The notes under the pieces are model-generated. The model was not told the DNA's origin, ran no database searches, and worked only from the letters and a program-made list of their open reading frames with translations. Positions 35,751-45,192 of a stretch of DNA of 64,000 nt are shown piece after piece. Source of the stretch: a virus; the IMG/VR virus record IMGVR_UViG_3300042449_001328, positions 1 to 64,000 of that record. The stretch is one strand, 5' to 3'. Numbering within the stretch: the first letter of the stretch is position 1; each line of letters opens with the position of its first letter. Position numbers and translations under genes: made by a program.

Positions 35751-38381
35751 TTATTTTGCCCTTATCTCTACTGTATTTATAGTTATGCCTGTTCCCGCTG
35801 TAAGAACTATCAATCTTACAAACCGCCAAATTTCATTTGCTACTTTATAGTGAACAATGCCAACTACTGAGGTCATATTACCACCACCATGATTGTGCCA
35901 AATTGAACCGTCTGTCGAAAATTGCAATCCTAATGTCACTGCTGTTGTTTGTGCTGAAACAGATAGGACAAAATTAAAATTAGTGCAACCTTCAATATAA
36001 TACACTGGAGTTGTTGAATTGAGTGTGCTCAGATTTATAGACCTGTCTATAAATTGTAAAAACCTACTTGTTGAATCACTGGTCTGCAATCTATTGATAG
36101 ACCTAGTAAAAGAAGGTGACGTTCCTCCTATTGTTTGCACATATCGAACCCTATTGCCGCTCAATGATAATTTTGGAGTCCTGTAAACACCAGTGGTTGT
36201 TATCCTAGGTAGATCATAAACCCTATACCAACTGGTACCGCTATCATCGCTTTCCTCTATGGATATATCGTAGGTAGGGTTTGTGCCGCTAACAGCGGTT
36301 ACTGGTATTACCAATTCGTAACTTAACCCAAATGAAGGCGTTATAGCTGCTACTGTATTACTAGATGTAATGGCTGCACTTGCTACGTCTGCAACTATTG
36401 TTGGGATAGGGGATGGAGTTAACCCAATTAAATTTGTTCCAGCCGCTAAAGCTGGAAGTGTTGTAATTGCATTGATATTCCAAGTACCCGCTTGGCTAAT
36501 ACCCGCTGGAACTGTCACTGCCAATGAGCGAGACAAATCGCTAGAACCGTGCTGATTGGCTATCTCAACTATGTGCCTAGTGTATTCCATCTCGTGTATG
36601 AAGTGTACACGCACATCCGTGCGCCTAATAACAGCACCGCCGCAATTGACAGAAACAAAATCAGGGCCTATTGATTCTAATTCGAGAGTAGTAGTGTTTA
36701 GTCTCAGTACTTTGTATGCCCCATCATATAATCCCATTGAAATTGCATCACAACCGTATAATTGGAATGTTTCACCTGGTAAAGGAGTAGTCCAGTTAGC
36801 ATTCCCGATTAGCGTCAATACGTTATTTATTCGCGATATGCTTTGCACGTTTTGATTTAATAAACCTGGGGGAATTACCGATCCTTCTACTTTCCAAACA
36901 CCGCCTCCAGCCGAACTGGCTGTGACCGCTCCGCCTATCACAATAGTAAATTCAGTAGGCGAAACAATTGAAGCAACAGCAGTTTGGGCCGTTAAGTTTG
37001 GGAAGTTAACTATGTCGCGAACACCATAAATCTGTACTTGCTGACCTACGATTAGATTATGATCTACGTCTGTAACCACGTTTGCCGTGGTTGTTCCTGT
37101 TTTTGATATAGAAACAATTTTGGCAATCGGAGTAGTTAAGTTAGAAAGGTTTTTTGCCCTCACTCTAATCTTATAATATTTTTCTTCGTCTGGTATTCCT
37201 TGAGTGTATTTCAAAGGAGTGCTGGAAGCCGCAATTGAATCTGACAGTCTTGGTATCAACAACATTTCTTGCATCGTAGCTTGCAACTCCAAATGTGAAG
37301 CTGCATTAAAAGCATCTGAATACGGTGAAGTGTTTGATTGGGTCGCTGTTGTTGTATTTACTGTTGAGTTTATACTCCTGATGCTTGCACCATTCCTTCT
37401 TGCAAACCAAGAGGCATTTGTAGCGGTAGTGTTTTCAAACAATACGCCTACTGCGTTATCAGCTCTTTTTACATGATCTGCCCATTCAACAAATCCGCCA
37501 GCGTTGTAAGTTCCGTTTGCCAACGTACATGGGACTGTGATTGAAAGAGAAGAAACAATGGTGACCACAACAGGACCAACGTTAAGTCTTTTTTCTTCAT
37601 TACCTTTTATAACAACACGATCTCCACCGTGCAAGTTATGTGGGGACGCAAAGTTTATAGTTGCTACGTTGCTGGTTATTGTAATTGTTCCTAAAATAGA
37701 TAAATCAGCAATTGGTGAACCTACTTCAATAAGCCCTGCATTATCACATCCTACTAAAGAGACTTCAACCTCTTGACCTATAATTCTTTGCGACATTGAA
37801 AGAGCCGCAATAAACCTAGATGGCAGTTTAAACTTATCTTTTGATATTAACTCGTATTCTGAATTTGGCGTCAAAGGCGAGAGTGAAATCTTTAAGTAAG
37901 AAGACCCAGCCGTATCCCCTCCTCTGGCAACAAACGAATCGGATTGGTTTGTCCATATCTGATCCCATACGGTCAGATCGGGAGATCCAGTGATAAAACC
38001 ATCTCTGAATTTTCTCATTGCGTTGCCTGTTGCAACAGCATCGTTTTCAGTCAGTTTACCATATTGAGAATTGCCGTCTGTGTCTTTAAAACCAGCCATT
38101 TGAACTTTTGCTGGAACTGCTGAATTTACTAAAGAGGTAGCGTCACTTTCTTCAACAAATATTTGAAGCACGTCTGTACTGGACATACTAGAAGTGTTGT
38201 AAGCCAAAGTCAACACGTTGCCTGTCAATGAAGCACCTAACAGATTGTCGGCAAAATTATATACAACAATGTTTCTGGTAACGTTAGTGATCAACAGCAA
38301 TTGATCTAATGTTATAGCGTTACTAAAAGTTATTGTTCTATTAGTGGCGTTAAATATATAATCTGTTCTTTTTACTTTCAT
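35751..38381 (-). CDS. Large virion fibre/decoration protein
   Basis: 876 aa; N-terminal YIFNA...TITF...LLLITNVT domain; repeated H.L..GD.V.I.G beta domains. Confidence 0.65.
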   Translation of the reverse strand: MKVKRTDYIFNATNRTITFSNAITLDQLLLITNVTRNIVVYNFADNLLGASLTGNVLTLAYNTSSMSSTDVLQIFVEESDATSLVNSAVPAKVQMAGFKDTDGNSQYGKLTENDAVATGNAMRKFRDGFITGSPDLTVWDQIWTNQSDSFVARGGDTAGSSYLKISLSPLTPNSEYELISKDKFKLPSRFIAALSMSQRIIGQEVEVSLVGCDNAGLIEVGSPIADLSILGTITITSNVATINFASPHNLHGGDRVVIKGNEEKRLNVGPVVVTIVSSLSITVPCTLANGTYNAGGFVEWADHVKRADNAVGVLFENTTATNASWFARRNGASIRSINSTVNTTTATQSNTSPYSDAFNAASHLELQATMQEMLLIPRLSDSIAASSTPLKYTQGIPDEEKYYKIRVRAKNLSNLTTPIAKIVSISKTGTTTANVVTDVDHNLIVGQQVQIYGVRDIVNFPNLTAQTAVASIVSPTEFTIVIGGAVTASSAGGGVWKVEGSVIPPGLLNQNVQSISRINNVLTLIGNANWTTPLPGETFQLYGCDAISMGLYDGAYKVLRLNTTTLELESIGPDFVSVNCGGAVIRRTDVRVHFIHEMEYTRHIVEIANQHGSSDLSRSLAVTVPAGISQAGTWNINAITTLPALAAGTNLIGLTPSPIPTIVADVASAAITSSNTVAAITPSFGLSYELVIPVTAVSGTNPTYDISIEESDDSGTSWYRVYDLPRITTTGVYRTPKLSLSGNRVRYVQTIGGTSPSFTRSINRLQTSDSTSRFLQFIDRSINLSTLNSTTPVYYIEGCTNFNFVLSVSAQTTAVTLGLQFSTDGSIWHNHGGGNMTSVVGIVHYKVANEIWRFVRLIVLTAGTGITINTVEIRAK

Positions 38382-38384
38382 GGC

Positions 38385-39320
38385 TTATTGTAAGGCTATT
38401 GCGTATAATATTTGTTTTTTGAAATAGATTGAATCTAATTCATTTTTTTGCTTTGAGGTCAATGTATCGTACAGTGTTTGAGTGTTTGTGTTTTTAACTT
38501 GACGTTCAAATGCTGTAAGGTCTTCTGTTTGACAGATATTAGGTAGCCAACTGTTATCCAGCAATTTATCTCCATCAAAGTTTTCTGCATCTTTTATGTG
38601 ATGTGCTTTCTTAGCGATTGCATGAACTGGAAGGATAATTGGCGTAGGGACTCCATTGCTCACCACAGTAGACCTCATTGAATCCCTACTTATGTCCCAA
38701 ATATAGTAAGTGGGGGCGTGAACGTATCTAATGCTGACACAAGGATCGACTAATCCATTATAACTAGTATTGAAAGTGATTTTATTGTCTTGAAATGTAT
38801 AATCGGTAATCTCTATTAATTTTGTTACCTTAGTAGACTCGTTTGCATATAACCCAATAAAGTCAATGCTTTTGATGTCGTATTTTGTCATTGAAAACAA
38901 AGTAGTGCCAGCATCATCTAGGACTGGATATAAAATCTCACTCATTTCTGAAGTGCCGTCAACTATCACTAGTTGATCCATTCTCGATAACTTGTTTTCT
39001 TCAAACGCAGTTACCCTGACCATCCCTAGATCATCTCTCCCCCACTCCTCAAACTTTTTATCGTTTGAGATACCTGAGATGATCATTTTGGTCTTTGTGG
39101 GGTTTGCCCAGAATTGACCTACTCCCCCACAGTTCTTGCAAGTTGTTCTGTGATCGCTTTCTTTTGATTTGCAAGGGCAAAGATAGGCTTTGCTGTAAAT
39201 TACATTGTACCCCTTATCTCGAATAGTAGCATATACCTCTGATTTTACAAAGTCGGCATTTAATGTTGGACTTGTATCAAAGATTTGTTGTACTAATGTT
39301 TTTGAGGATAAGCGAGACAT
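38385..39320 (-). CDS. Head closure/neck protein
   Basis: CPC.......C.NC.G.G motif typical of Herelleviridae-like neck proteins. Confidence 0.65.
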   Translation of the reverse strand: MSRLSSKTLVQQIFDTSPTLNADFVKSEVYATIRDKGYNVIYSKAYLCPCKSKESDHRTTCKNCGGVGQFWANPTKTKMIISGISNDKKFEEWGRDDLGMVRVTAFEENKLSRMDQLVIVDGTSEMSEILYPVLDDAGTTLFSMTKYDIKSIDFIGLYANESTKVTKLIEITDYTFQDNKITFNTSYNGLVDPCVSIRYVHAPTYYIWDISRDSMRSTVVSNGVPTPIILPVHAIAKKAHHIKDAENFDGDKLLDNSWLPNICQTEDLTAFERQVKNTNTQTLYDTLTSKQKNELDSIYFKKQILYAIALQ

Positions 39321-39323
39321 TCG

Positions 39324-40304
39324 TTATTTTTGCCCAAGTTCTTTTTGTTTTTGAAAATGATGTTGAGCTTGAGATTGATGATATTTGAAAGCCTCTTGAG
39401 CAGCATTGCTTTGCTCTTTATCAAATCCTACTCCAAAAGCTTCTTTAGTAGCATGTCCAGCCATCCTTGTGTGGAAAGCCTCCATCTTACTGTGATGCTC
39501 AATCTGCTTTTTCTTTTGATCGGCTAGGATTTTCTTTTCGTCTTTTGATAGGCTCGATTCGTGTTCGGATTGAGCATACTTTTGTGACTGCGTATCGTGA
39601 TACTTTGCTTCGTCAGCATGATGCTTGTGAAGTTTCATTTCTAAATCTCTTGCAGCATACCCAACTTTACCTGCTGTATCAAAATGACGAGCAGCTTTAT
39701 CTCTATGGGCAGTGGCTGCATCTGAATAATCTTTTGAAGATAAATTACCTCCACCTATTTTACCATCAGCATAGATTGGCTTTCCACTAGAAGTATGTCC
39801 GATCACATGACCTCCACGAGAGCCTTCGCCTGATTTGGCTTTGATGAGGTCGAGGTCTGAGTCGGATTTTTGCAATAATCCGTTTTTAACTCCTATATGA
39901 TGTTTTTGTTGTTCAAAAGCATAATCATTATCTTCCTTGTCTTTGGCAGTCGATCTAGTGTTATAATGATAATTTTCTCTAACCTTACCATGAGCGTCAA
40001 TAGCATCATTATGATCTTCAACTGTAAAGTCTTTATGGGAACTATGGTCTGCATTACTGTAGATAGGTTTACCAGATTTTGTGTGTCCTATTATGTGACC
40101 TCCTCTACTTCCCTCACCGCCTTTAACTAGCAAGTTCTCCAACTGATCAATTGCCTTATTATATACATCTTGATCGATCAATCCTTTTGATAGATTGTCA
40201 GATAGTTGTTTTCTGATCTGAACCTCAGTGGGAATATTTTCTACAAATCCCTTAACTAGATGAGGATTGGTTGATTGGTTTTTGTAGTCGTCAATAGTGA
40301 TCAT
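39324..40304 (-). CDS. Repeat-module His-rich protein, probable internal head protein
   Basis: Two GEGSRGGH.IGHT.SGKPIY modules; N-terminus paralogous to 32867..34267. Confidence 0.7.
   Translation of the reverse strand: MITIDDYKNQSTNPHLVKGFVENIPTEVQIRKQLSDNLSKGLIDQDVYNKAIDQLENLLVKGGEGSRGGHIIGHTKSGKPIYSNADHSSHKDFTVEDHNDAIDAHGKVRENYHYNTRSTAKDKEDNDYAFEQQKHHIGVKNGLLQKSDSDLDLIKAKSGEGSRGGHVIGHTSSGKPIYADGKIGGGNLSSKDYSDAATAHRDKAARHFDTAGKVGYAARDLEMKLHKHHADEAKYHDTQSQKYAQSEHESSLSKDEKKILADQKKKQIEHHSKMEAFHTRMAGHATKEAFGVGFDKEQSNAAQEAFKYHQSQAQHHFQKQKELGQK
39811..39871. repeat. 61-bp exact direct repeat, copy 2
   Basis: Identical to 33852-33912. Confidence 0.9.
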
Positions 40305-40322
40305 ATCTTTTTAATTTTAAAT

Positions 40323-41147
40323 TTATAGCATAGGTAAAAATAATCCAAAAATAAGAGCGAGGCTGCCAATAGTCACTCCCACATAATTCGCTTTCAACGC
40401 TTCCATAATCTTGTCAAACTGATCTCCATCAATCTTAGCTAATGCGCCAAATGCTACACTTGAGGAACTAGCGGTTGTGCTTACTGATTGAGAAAGCCCA
40501 TCGATACCTATTGACTTGTTTGTTACTCCAGGAACCCCTACGTTTTGTGAAATGACTGGAAGTAAGTCTATTTTAGCCCTTAATGCAATTGCCTTCAAGA
40601 AATTTTGAGGCACTCGATTGAACCCCGTTACGTAAGTCAATTGCCAGTAGTTAGGGATAGTCTTATTGCCAAAGTAACCTACGTATGGGGTTAATCCTAC
40701 AAATATAGATTGCCCTGATAATGTGGTTACAGAACCTTGCAAGGGTACTAGGTTGATATTCCTATGCCCACTTTCATCCCCTATCTGTTTTTTTACAGAT
40801 AGCCATTCTTTAGGGTAATCTATTTGCAAAGTGGTATTGTAAAAGCCCAATACTTTGTGTGCATCTACTACAGGATATGTGGTAGGGAAGTATCCCCAAT
40901 TCCACCAATCTTCTATGTAAAAAGTCCTATCTTCTTGAATAGCCTGTCTGTTGAGCTTTATGTTCAGAATATCCTCTACATAATCTTGTGCGCCCCTAAT
41001 GTAAGCATCAATCATATCGTCTGTGATAGACTGGCAGTTAACGTTGGTCAACGGCAACCCAAATAAGTACAGTGATTTTAACTCAGAAGCTGAATATACT
41101 AACCCTGTGTTTTTTTGGTATGATATGGTGAATGTGATGCTGGGCAT
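40323..41147 (-). CDS. Head-tail adaptor/neck protein
   Basis: YLFGLPL, YVTGF..VP, SIGIDGLSQS.STT motifs. Confidence 0.75.
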   Translation of the reverse strand: MPSITFTISYQKNTGLVYSASELKSLYLFGLPLTNVNCQSITDDMIDAYIRGAQDYVEDILNIKLNRQAIQEDRTFYIEDWWNWGYFPTTYPVVDAHKVLGFYNTTLQIDYPKEWLSVKKQIGDESGHRNINLVPLQGSVTTLSGQSIFVGLTPYVGYFGNKTIPNYWQLTYVTGFNRVPQNFLKAIALRAKIDLLPVISQNVGVPGVTNKSIGIDGLSQSVSTTASSSSVAFGALAKIDGDQFDKIMEALKANYVGVTIGSLALIFGLFLPML

Positions 41148-41150
41148 TCG

Positions 41151-41438
41151 TTAATCTTCGCCATAAGCTTCTTGTCCATCATGTACAATAATGATACTTC
41201 CAGCAGATGAAGCGGTTATAGCCGTAACTGGAAAGGGATAAACCGTATATGCTGGATAAGATGTTAACGTTATGGTATTGCCAGCATACGTTCTTATTGT
41301 AATATTAGATACAGCGGTGCAAAAAAACAAAGCGGCCTCTAGCTTTTGCCCTAGTGAAGGTGAAACTATCCTATTGGCAGATGGTGTATATACTTCTTGC
41401 CAAGATCCGTCAATGTTGAAAGGTTTTAAATATGCCAT
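41151..41438 (-). CDS. Small virion protein
   Basis: 95 aa with its own promoter-like motif. Confidence 0.55.
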   Translation of the reverse strand: MAYLKPFNIDGSWQEVYTPSANRIVSPSLGQKLEAALFFCTAVSNITIRTYAGNTITLTSYPAYTVYPFPVTAITASSAGSIIIVHDGQEAYGED

Positions 41439-41463
41439 GCTGTAAAAATACTAAAAATATTGC

Positions 41464-41877
41464 TTAACTTATTTTATCCAACAAGAACTTTCTTAGCTGA
41501 GTTTCATTCTTTCCTTCTATGTCTTTTTTGCTGATGCCTTCCACTAAAGGGATCAATTCGTTCAATTCATCAAAAGATGCAGACTCGATTGCTTCTATCA
41601 AAGCATCGTCTTTTTCAGGTTTTGATGGTTCTTGCTTTTGCTCTTTTAGTTTTTGTTGTTTGGCCTGTTTCTGTTCTTTGGCTTCTGTTTGTTTTTTCTT
41701 TATCTCCTCTTTTGTGTTGAATTCTAAAGATCCTTTTGATGCTTCGATCAATTGATCTGCCAATTCAGATTCTACTTCTATGCTGCCGTCTGAATCTAAA
41801 GTCACTTCACCTACTACAGGTAAAATAAGGGTTTGACTTGCATACCTAGGATCTGTGAATAATTTTTTTGTTGCCAT
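41464..41877 (-). CDS. Hypothetical protein after the major capsid gene
   Basis: 137 aa, K/E-rich. Confidence 0.65.
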   Translation of the reverse strand: MATKKLFTDPRYASQTLILPVVGEVTLDSDGSIEVESELADQLIEASKGSLEFNTKEEIKKKQTEAKEQKQAKQQKLKEQKQEPSKPEKDDALIEAIESASFDELNELIPLVEGISKKDIEGKNETQLRKFLLDKIS

Positions 41878-41912
41878 TTTTAATTAGGTTAATTTAGGAA
41901 GTAAAATTAAAT

Positions 41913-41938
41913 AAAAAAGTCCATATTTCTATGGACTT
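41913..41938 (-). terminator. Rho-independent terminator after the major capsid gene
   Basis: Stem AAGTCCATA/TATGGACTT with a 4-nt loop, followed by a T-run on the minus strand. Confidence 0.75.
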
Positions 41939-41964
41939 CTTTAAAATTATTTACTACAGACCTA

Positions 41965-43470
41965 CTATGTAGATGCTACAGTATAAGGGCCTACGTTTAA
42001 AAATCTCACTATTTTGCGCTGTGCAAAAACTACGGGTGTCCCAAAGAGGAACGCGATAAAACGCTTGCTCATTCCAAGTGTAGCTAAATCCAGCTTACCT
42101 AGAGGTGCCAATTGTTTGAAGCTCAATACGTCTTCTGACATTTCAGTACAGAATGCTTCTTCTGTATCAGGCAAGAACCTGTTGCGATCTCTAACTACGT
42201 TAGCTGCCGCTCCGTCAAATCCAGCAGTTCTTTGTGCTACCGATACTTTGAAGATAGGGAAGAAAACAATATTATCTGTAGTAGCGTTCACAGAAGGTGT
42301 AATCTTAGAACGGTAGATTTGATAACCAGTTGCTGGGTTTGCACCACCTGCGTCTGCAAAAGTCAAATCAACTGACTGACCTGCTGTCAAAGTGGTCTTA
42401 GTGGTGTTGTTTAACACTCGCAAAGAGCTTTCACCAAAACGGTTCAAAGCTGATACTGCGTAGAAAACTGCACCCAAAGCACCTGTATGAGTTTCTCCAG
42501 CCACAAACCTTGATTGACCTGCGTCTGCTACTAGGGCTGCGCCTGTAGCAGTTGGTGTGTTAGGGGCTTTTGCTGAAGTGGCTGTTGCAGATAAAGTTTT
42601 GGCTGCATCTTTCTTCATGCCTTTATCGTGCTTCAAAGCTACAGTACCGAATGTTGTGTCAATACCTTTGATTGGTGAACCTGGAGAAATTGCTTGTGGA
42701 GAAGCATTAACCAAGATACGTTGACGTTGGAAGTAGTCTTTGGCAAGACCTGCAATTACAGAAGGAGGTGCAAACAAAGCATCTACGTTACCGAAAGCAT
42801 CGTCTACTTGGATAGAAGCGTCCTCTACTGTTTTTTGGTTCAAAGAAGCACCACGCAAGTCAATGACCGCAGGTGATGTCAAGTAGTCATTCAATGAAGT
42901 GAATGCTGCGCCTGTACCTGTTGCACCGTGCTGTGCGTAAATTCCATTGAATTCTTGACCGATAATAGAAGCGTTCGCTTTGGTCAAGCTGCTGTTGGCT
43001 TTGCGAACAACCCACATTGTCTTGTTCTCAACTTCTTTGCGCATTGCGTCTACGTAAGAGCGAACAAGTTGGGCTTGGTAAGTTACCTCTCCAGTTACCT
43101 GAATATACTTTACCAATTCTGCTTTACGGATGTAAGTAGAATCTTCTACGTCTGAAAGTTCACCCTCAGAATAGAAACCTCCACGATCTGAACCGTAAGA
43201 AGATAATTGCAAATATTCCTCAACAGTGTTGTAAGCTGTTTGCTTAGGAATGGAATTCCAAAGCACGATGTCCTTCATGCGGAAATCGAGTAATTTTAAA
43301 GTAGTCTCTAAGCTCTCAGCTTTAAGAGGCTCTTGACCAAGTAGTTGGTTTGTAGTGTCACGACCAGTTACCGTTCCAGCTTGCATAGCTTTTAATAGGC
43401 TATCTACCTCCTGTTCGCTTCCGAAACCTCCGAAACCACTATCTTGATATGATGATAGATTTACGTCCAT
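41965..43470 (-). CDS. Major capsid protein (SPO1/Twort-like)
   Basis: PLKAESLETTLK, NTVEEY, EFNGI, VIDLRGASL; follows the protease and scaffold genes. Confidence 0.9.
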   Translation of the reverse strand: MDVNLSSYQDSGFGGFGSEQEVDSLLKAMQAGTVTGRDTTNQLLGQEPLKAESLETTLKLLDFRMKDIVLWNSIPKQTAYNTVEEYLQLSSYGSDRGGFYSEGELSDVEDSTYIRKAELVKYIQVTGEVTYQAQLVRSYVDAMRKEVENKTMWVVRKANSSLTKANASIIGQEFNGIYAQHGATGTGAAFTSLNDYLTSPAVIDLRGASLNQKTVEDASIQVDDAFGNVDALFAPPSVIAGLAKDYFQRQRILVNASPQAISPGSPIKGIDTTFGTVALKHDKGMKKDAAKTLSATATSAKAPNTPTATGAALVADAGQSRFVAGETHTGALGAVFYAVSALNRFGESSLRVLNNTTKTTLTAGQSVDLTFADAGGANPATGYQIYRSKITPSVNATTDNIVFFPIFKVSVAQRTAGFDGAAANVVRDRNRFLPDTEEAFCTEMSEDVLSFKQLAPLGKLDLATLGMSKRFIAFLFGTPVVFAQRKIVRFLNVGPYTVAST

Positions 43471-43508
43471 TTTTATTTATTTATTTAGTTTAATTGTTAC
43501 GATTTAAT

Positions 43509-44237
43509 TTACCCTGTTATTACGATATTATGAAGTCTCCTTAATTCCCTTGCCACTACACCAGCTTCTCTTTGGTCTACACCCAAAGCACCTGCTATCT
43601 CAACTGTTGAAGCGGCTTTTGCAAACATATTGTTCTCGTTGAAGTCATTGCCAGCTGCTTTTACCAAGGCTTCTACTACTTGTTTTTTGTTTCTTGAGAT
43701 TGATAATTCTAGTTCCCCTTCTTGTTTAGAAGCAAAGCGATCCACAAAATTTTGTGTAGTGATCGACTTAGGGCCTGGGTTAGCTTTTGATAAAGCGTTG
43801 ATTGTTTCTTTGATCTCATCCAAAGATTTCTTTAGATCGTTGTTTTCTTGTTCTTTGCTTGACAATAAAGTTGTCATGGCTTCAAACTTTGAATCGTATG
43901 ATTTAACGATTTCAGAAAGTTCTGCTTTAACAAGTTCTTGGGTTTCTGCTTTGTCGAATTTTTGAACAACCGTTCCCACGTTAGGCATTTCCTTTCCAGA
44001 AACTATTTCGCCTTCTTCAGGACCCATTGTAACAGAAGCTATTTTAGCTTTGATTTCTTCAGCCTTTTTCATGTACTCGTTGCCTTTTTTAAGGCACTCA
44101 CTCATTTCGGCTTTCATTTTTTCAATCTCGTCTTTCGACATGCCTTTTACAATTTCTTGTTCAGGTTCAGCTTTAATTAAGCCTAGGGCTTGCTTTGCTA
44201 TTAATATAGACTCTTCTGAAATTTTAGTAACTTCCAT
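43509..44237 (-). CDS. Scaffold-like protein
   Basis: Coiled-coil, many hydrophobic-x-K-[AGS] sites; between protease and capsid genes. Confidence 0.7.
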   Translation of the reverse strand: MEVTKISEESILIAKQALGLIKAEPEQEIVKGMSKDEIEKMKAEMSECLKKGNEYMKKAEEIKAKIASVTMGPEEGEIVSGKEMPNVGTVVQKFDKAETQELVKAELSEIVKSYDSKFEAMTTLLSSKEQENNDLKKSLDEIKETINALSKANPGPKSITTQNFVDRFASKQEGELELSISRNKKQVVEALVKAAGNDFNENNMFAKAASTVEIAGALGVDQREAGVVARELRRLHNIVITG

Positions 44238-44299
44238 ATTTAGATTTTTGAAATCTTTTTATTCGTTGAAATTAAAAATACTTAAAAAAAATATATGTT

Positions 44300-45166
44300 T
44301 TAAACTTTGGATTTCTGATCAATAATATTCACAAGCTCCCAGAATTTATCACAACTGTCTTTATCCATGTTGTGTTCTTGTACTAGGTTGGAGTATAGTT
44401 CCCCTTTTGAAAACATATAACCTTGTTTCTTTTTCTTTCTTGGATCAATTCCGTTTACGCTTTCAGTTTGAGTTACTCCACTTGAAGCCGCTGCTGTTGA
44501 TGCTGTTTGAATTCCTTCTGCTTTCCAGATTTTGATATTGAAGTCTTTGTCGATTGTCCTTCTTACTCCTTTGTCATCTGTTACGTCAACTAAATAAGGT
44601 GTGAATTCACCTCCGTTATTTACATTCATGTCGGCTTTTTCAAAGTCATAATGAATATCTTCAAAACCGCCTTTCATGATTTCCATTTTTGTCCCCTTGC
44701 ATTTTGGACTTGGTGTGATGGCTACGGCACTCAATTTTGACTTTAGGATTCTATTTTTATTTTTAGGGTCTCTCTGGAGTGCTTTCCCTTCAATGCTGAA
44801 GCCAAGACGTCTTGTGTCACTATCTCTTTCCAATATCTCACCCAAATCATATACGCTACGTGCTGTTTGACTAGATGGGTACAGTTTTCCTTCAATATAT
44901 AAATCACCATCTTTTACTTCAGCTTTTGTAGGTTCGCCTATAATAGCTAGTGGATCTTTGGTCCAGAGATGATGGAAATTTAAGGTGCCTCTTGCAAGCA
45001 AATCTGATAAATCCATTCCTTCTGGTTCAAGAGTTTCACCATCGCTATCAACGCCTTGTTTAGTAGTACTGGCAATTCCCTTTATGCGCATGTTTTGATA
45101 TTTATCAGTGCCTTCGCCGCCTTTTTCTATTTCAAAAGGAATGAATATTGAAAATTTATCTTCCAT
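44300..45166 (-). CDS. Prohead protease
   Basis: IKGIAST...DSDGE, NFHH, IGEP, LGFSIEG, VAIT.SP motifs. Confidence 0.9.
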   Translation of the reverse strand: MEDKFSIFIPFEIEKGGEGTDKYQNMRIKGIASTTKQGVDSDGETLEPEGMDLSDLLARGTLNFHHLWTKDPLAIIGEPTKAEVKDGDLYIEGKLYPSSQTARSVYDLGEILERDSDTRRLGFSIEGKALQRDPKNKNRILKSKLSAVAITPSPKCKGTKMEIMKGGFEDIHYDFEKADMNVNNGGEFTPYLVDVTDDKGVRRTIDKDFNIKIWKAEGIQTASTAAASSGVTQTESVNGIDPRKKKKQGYMFSKGELYSNLVQEHNMDKDSCDKFWELVNIIDQKSKV

Positions 45167-45192
45167 CTCTATTTTATTTTTATTTTAAATTA

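Noticed and set aside
40323-40400. Hydrophobic C-terminal tail on the head-tail adaptor (LALIFGLFLPML)
   Set aside because: Could be a simple stop-codon loss; cannot be evaluated without homologues.
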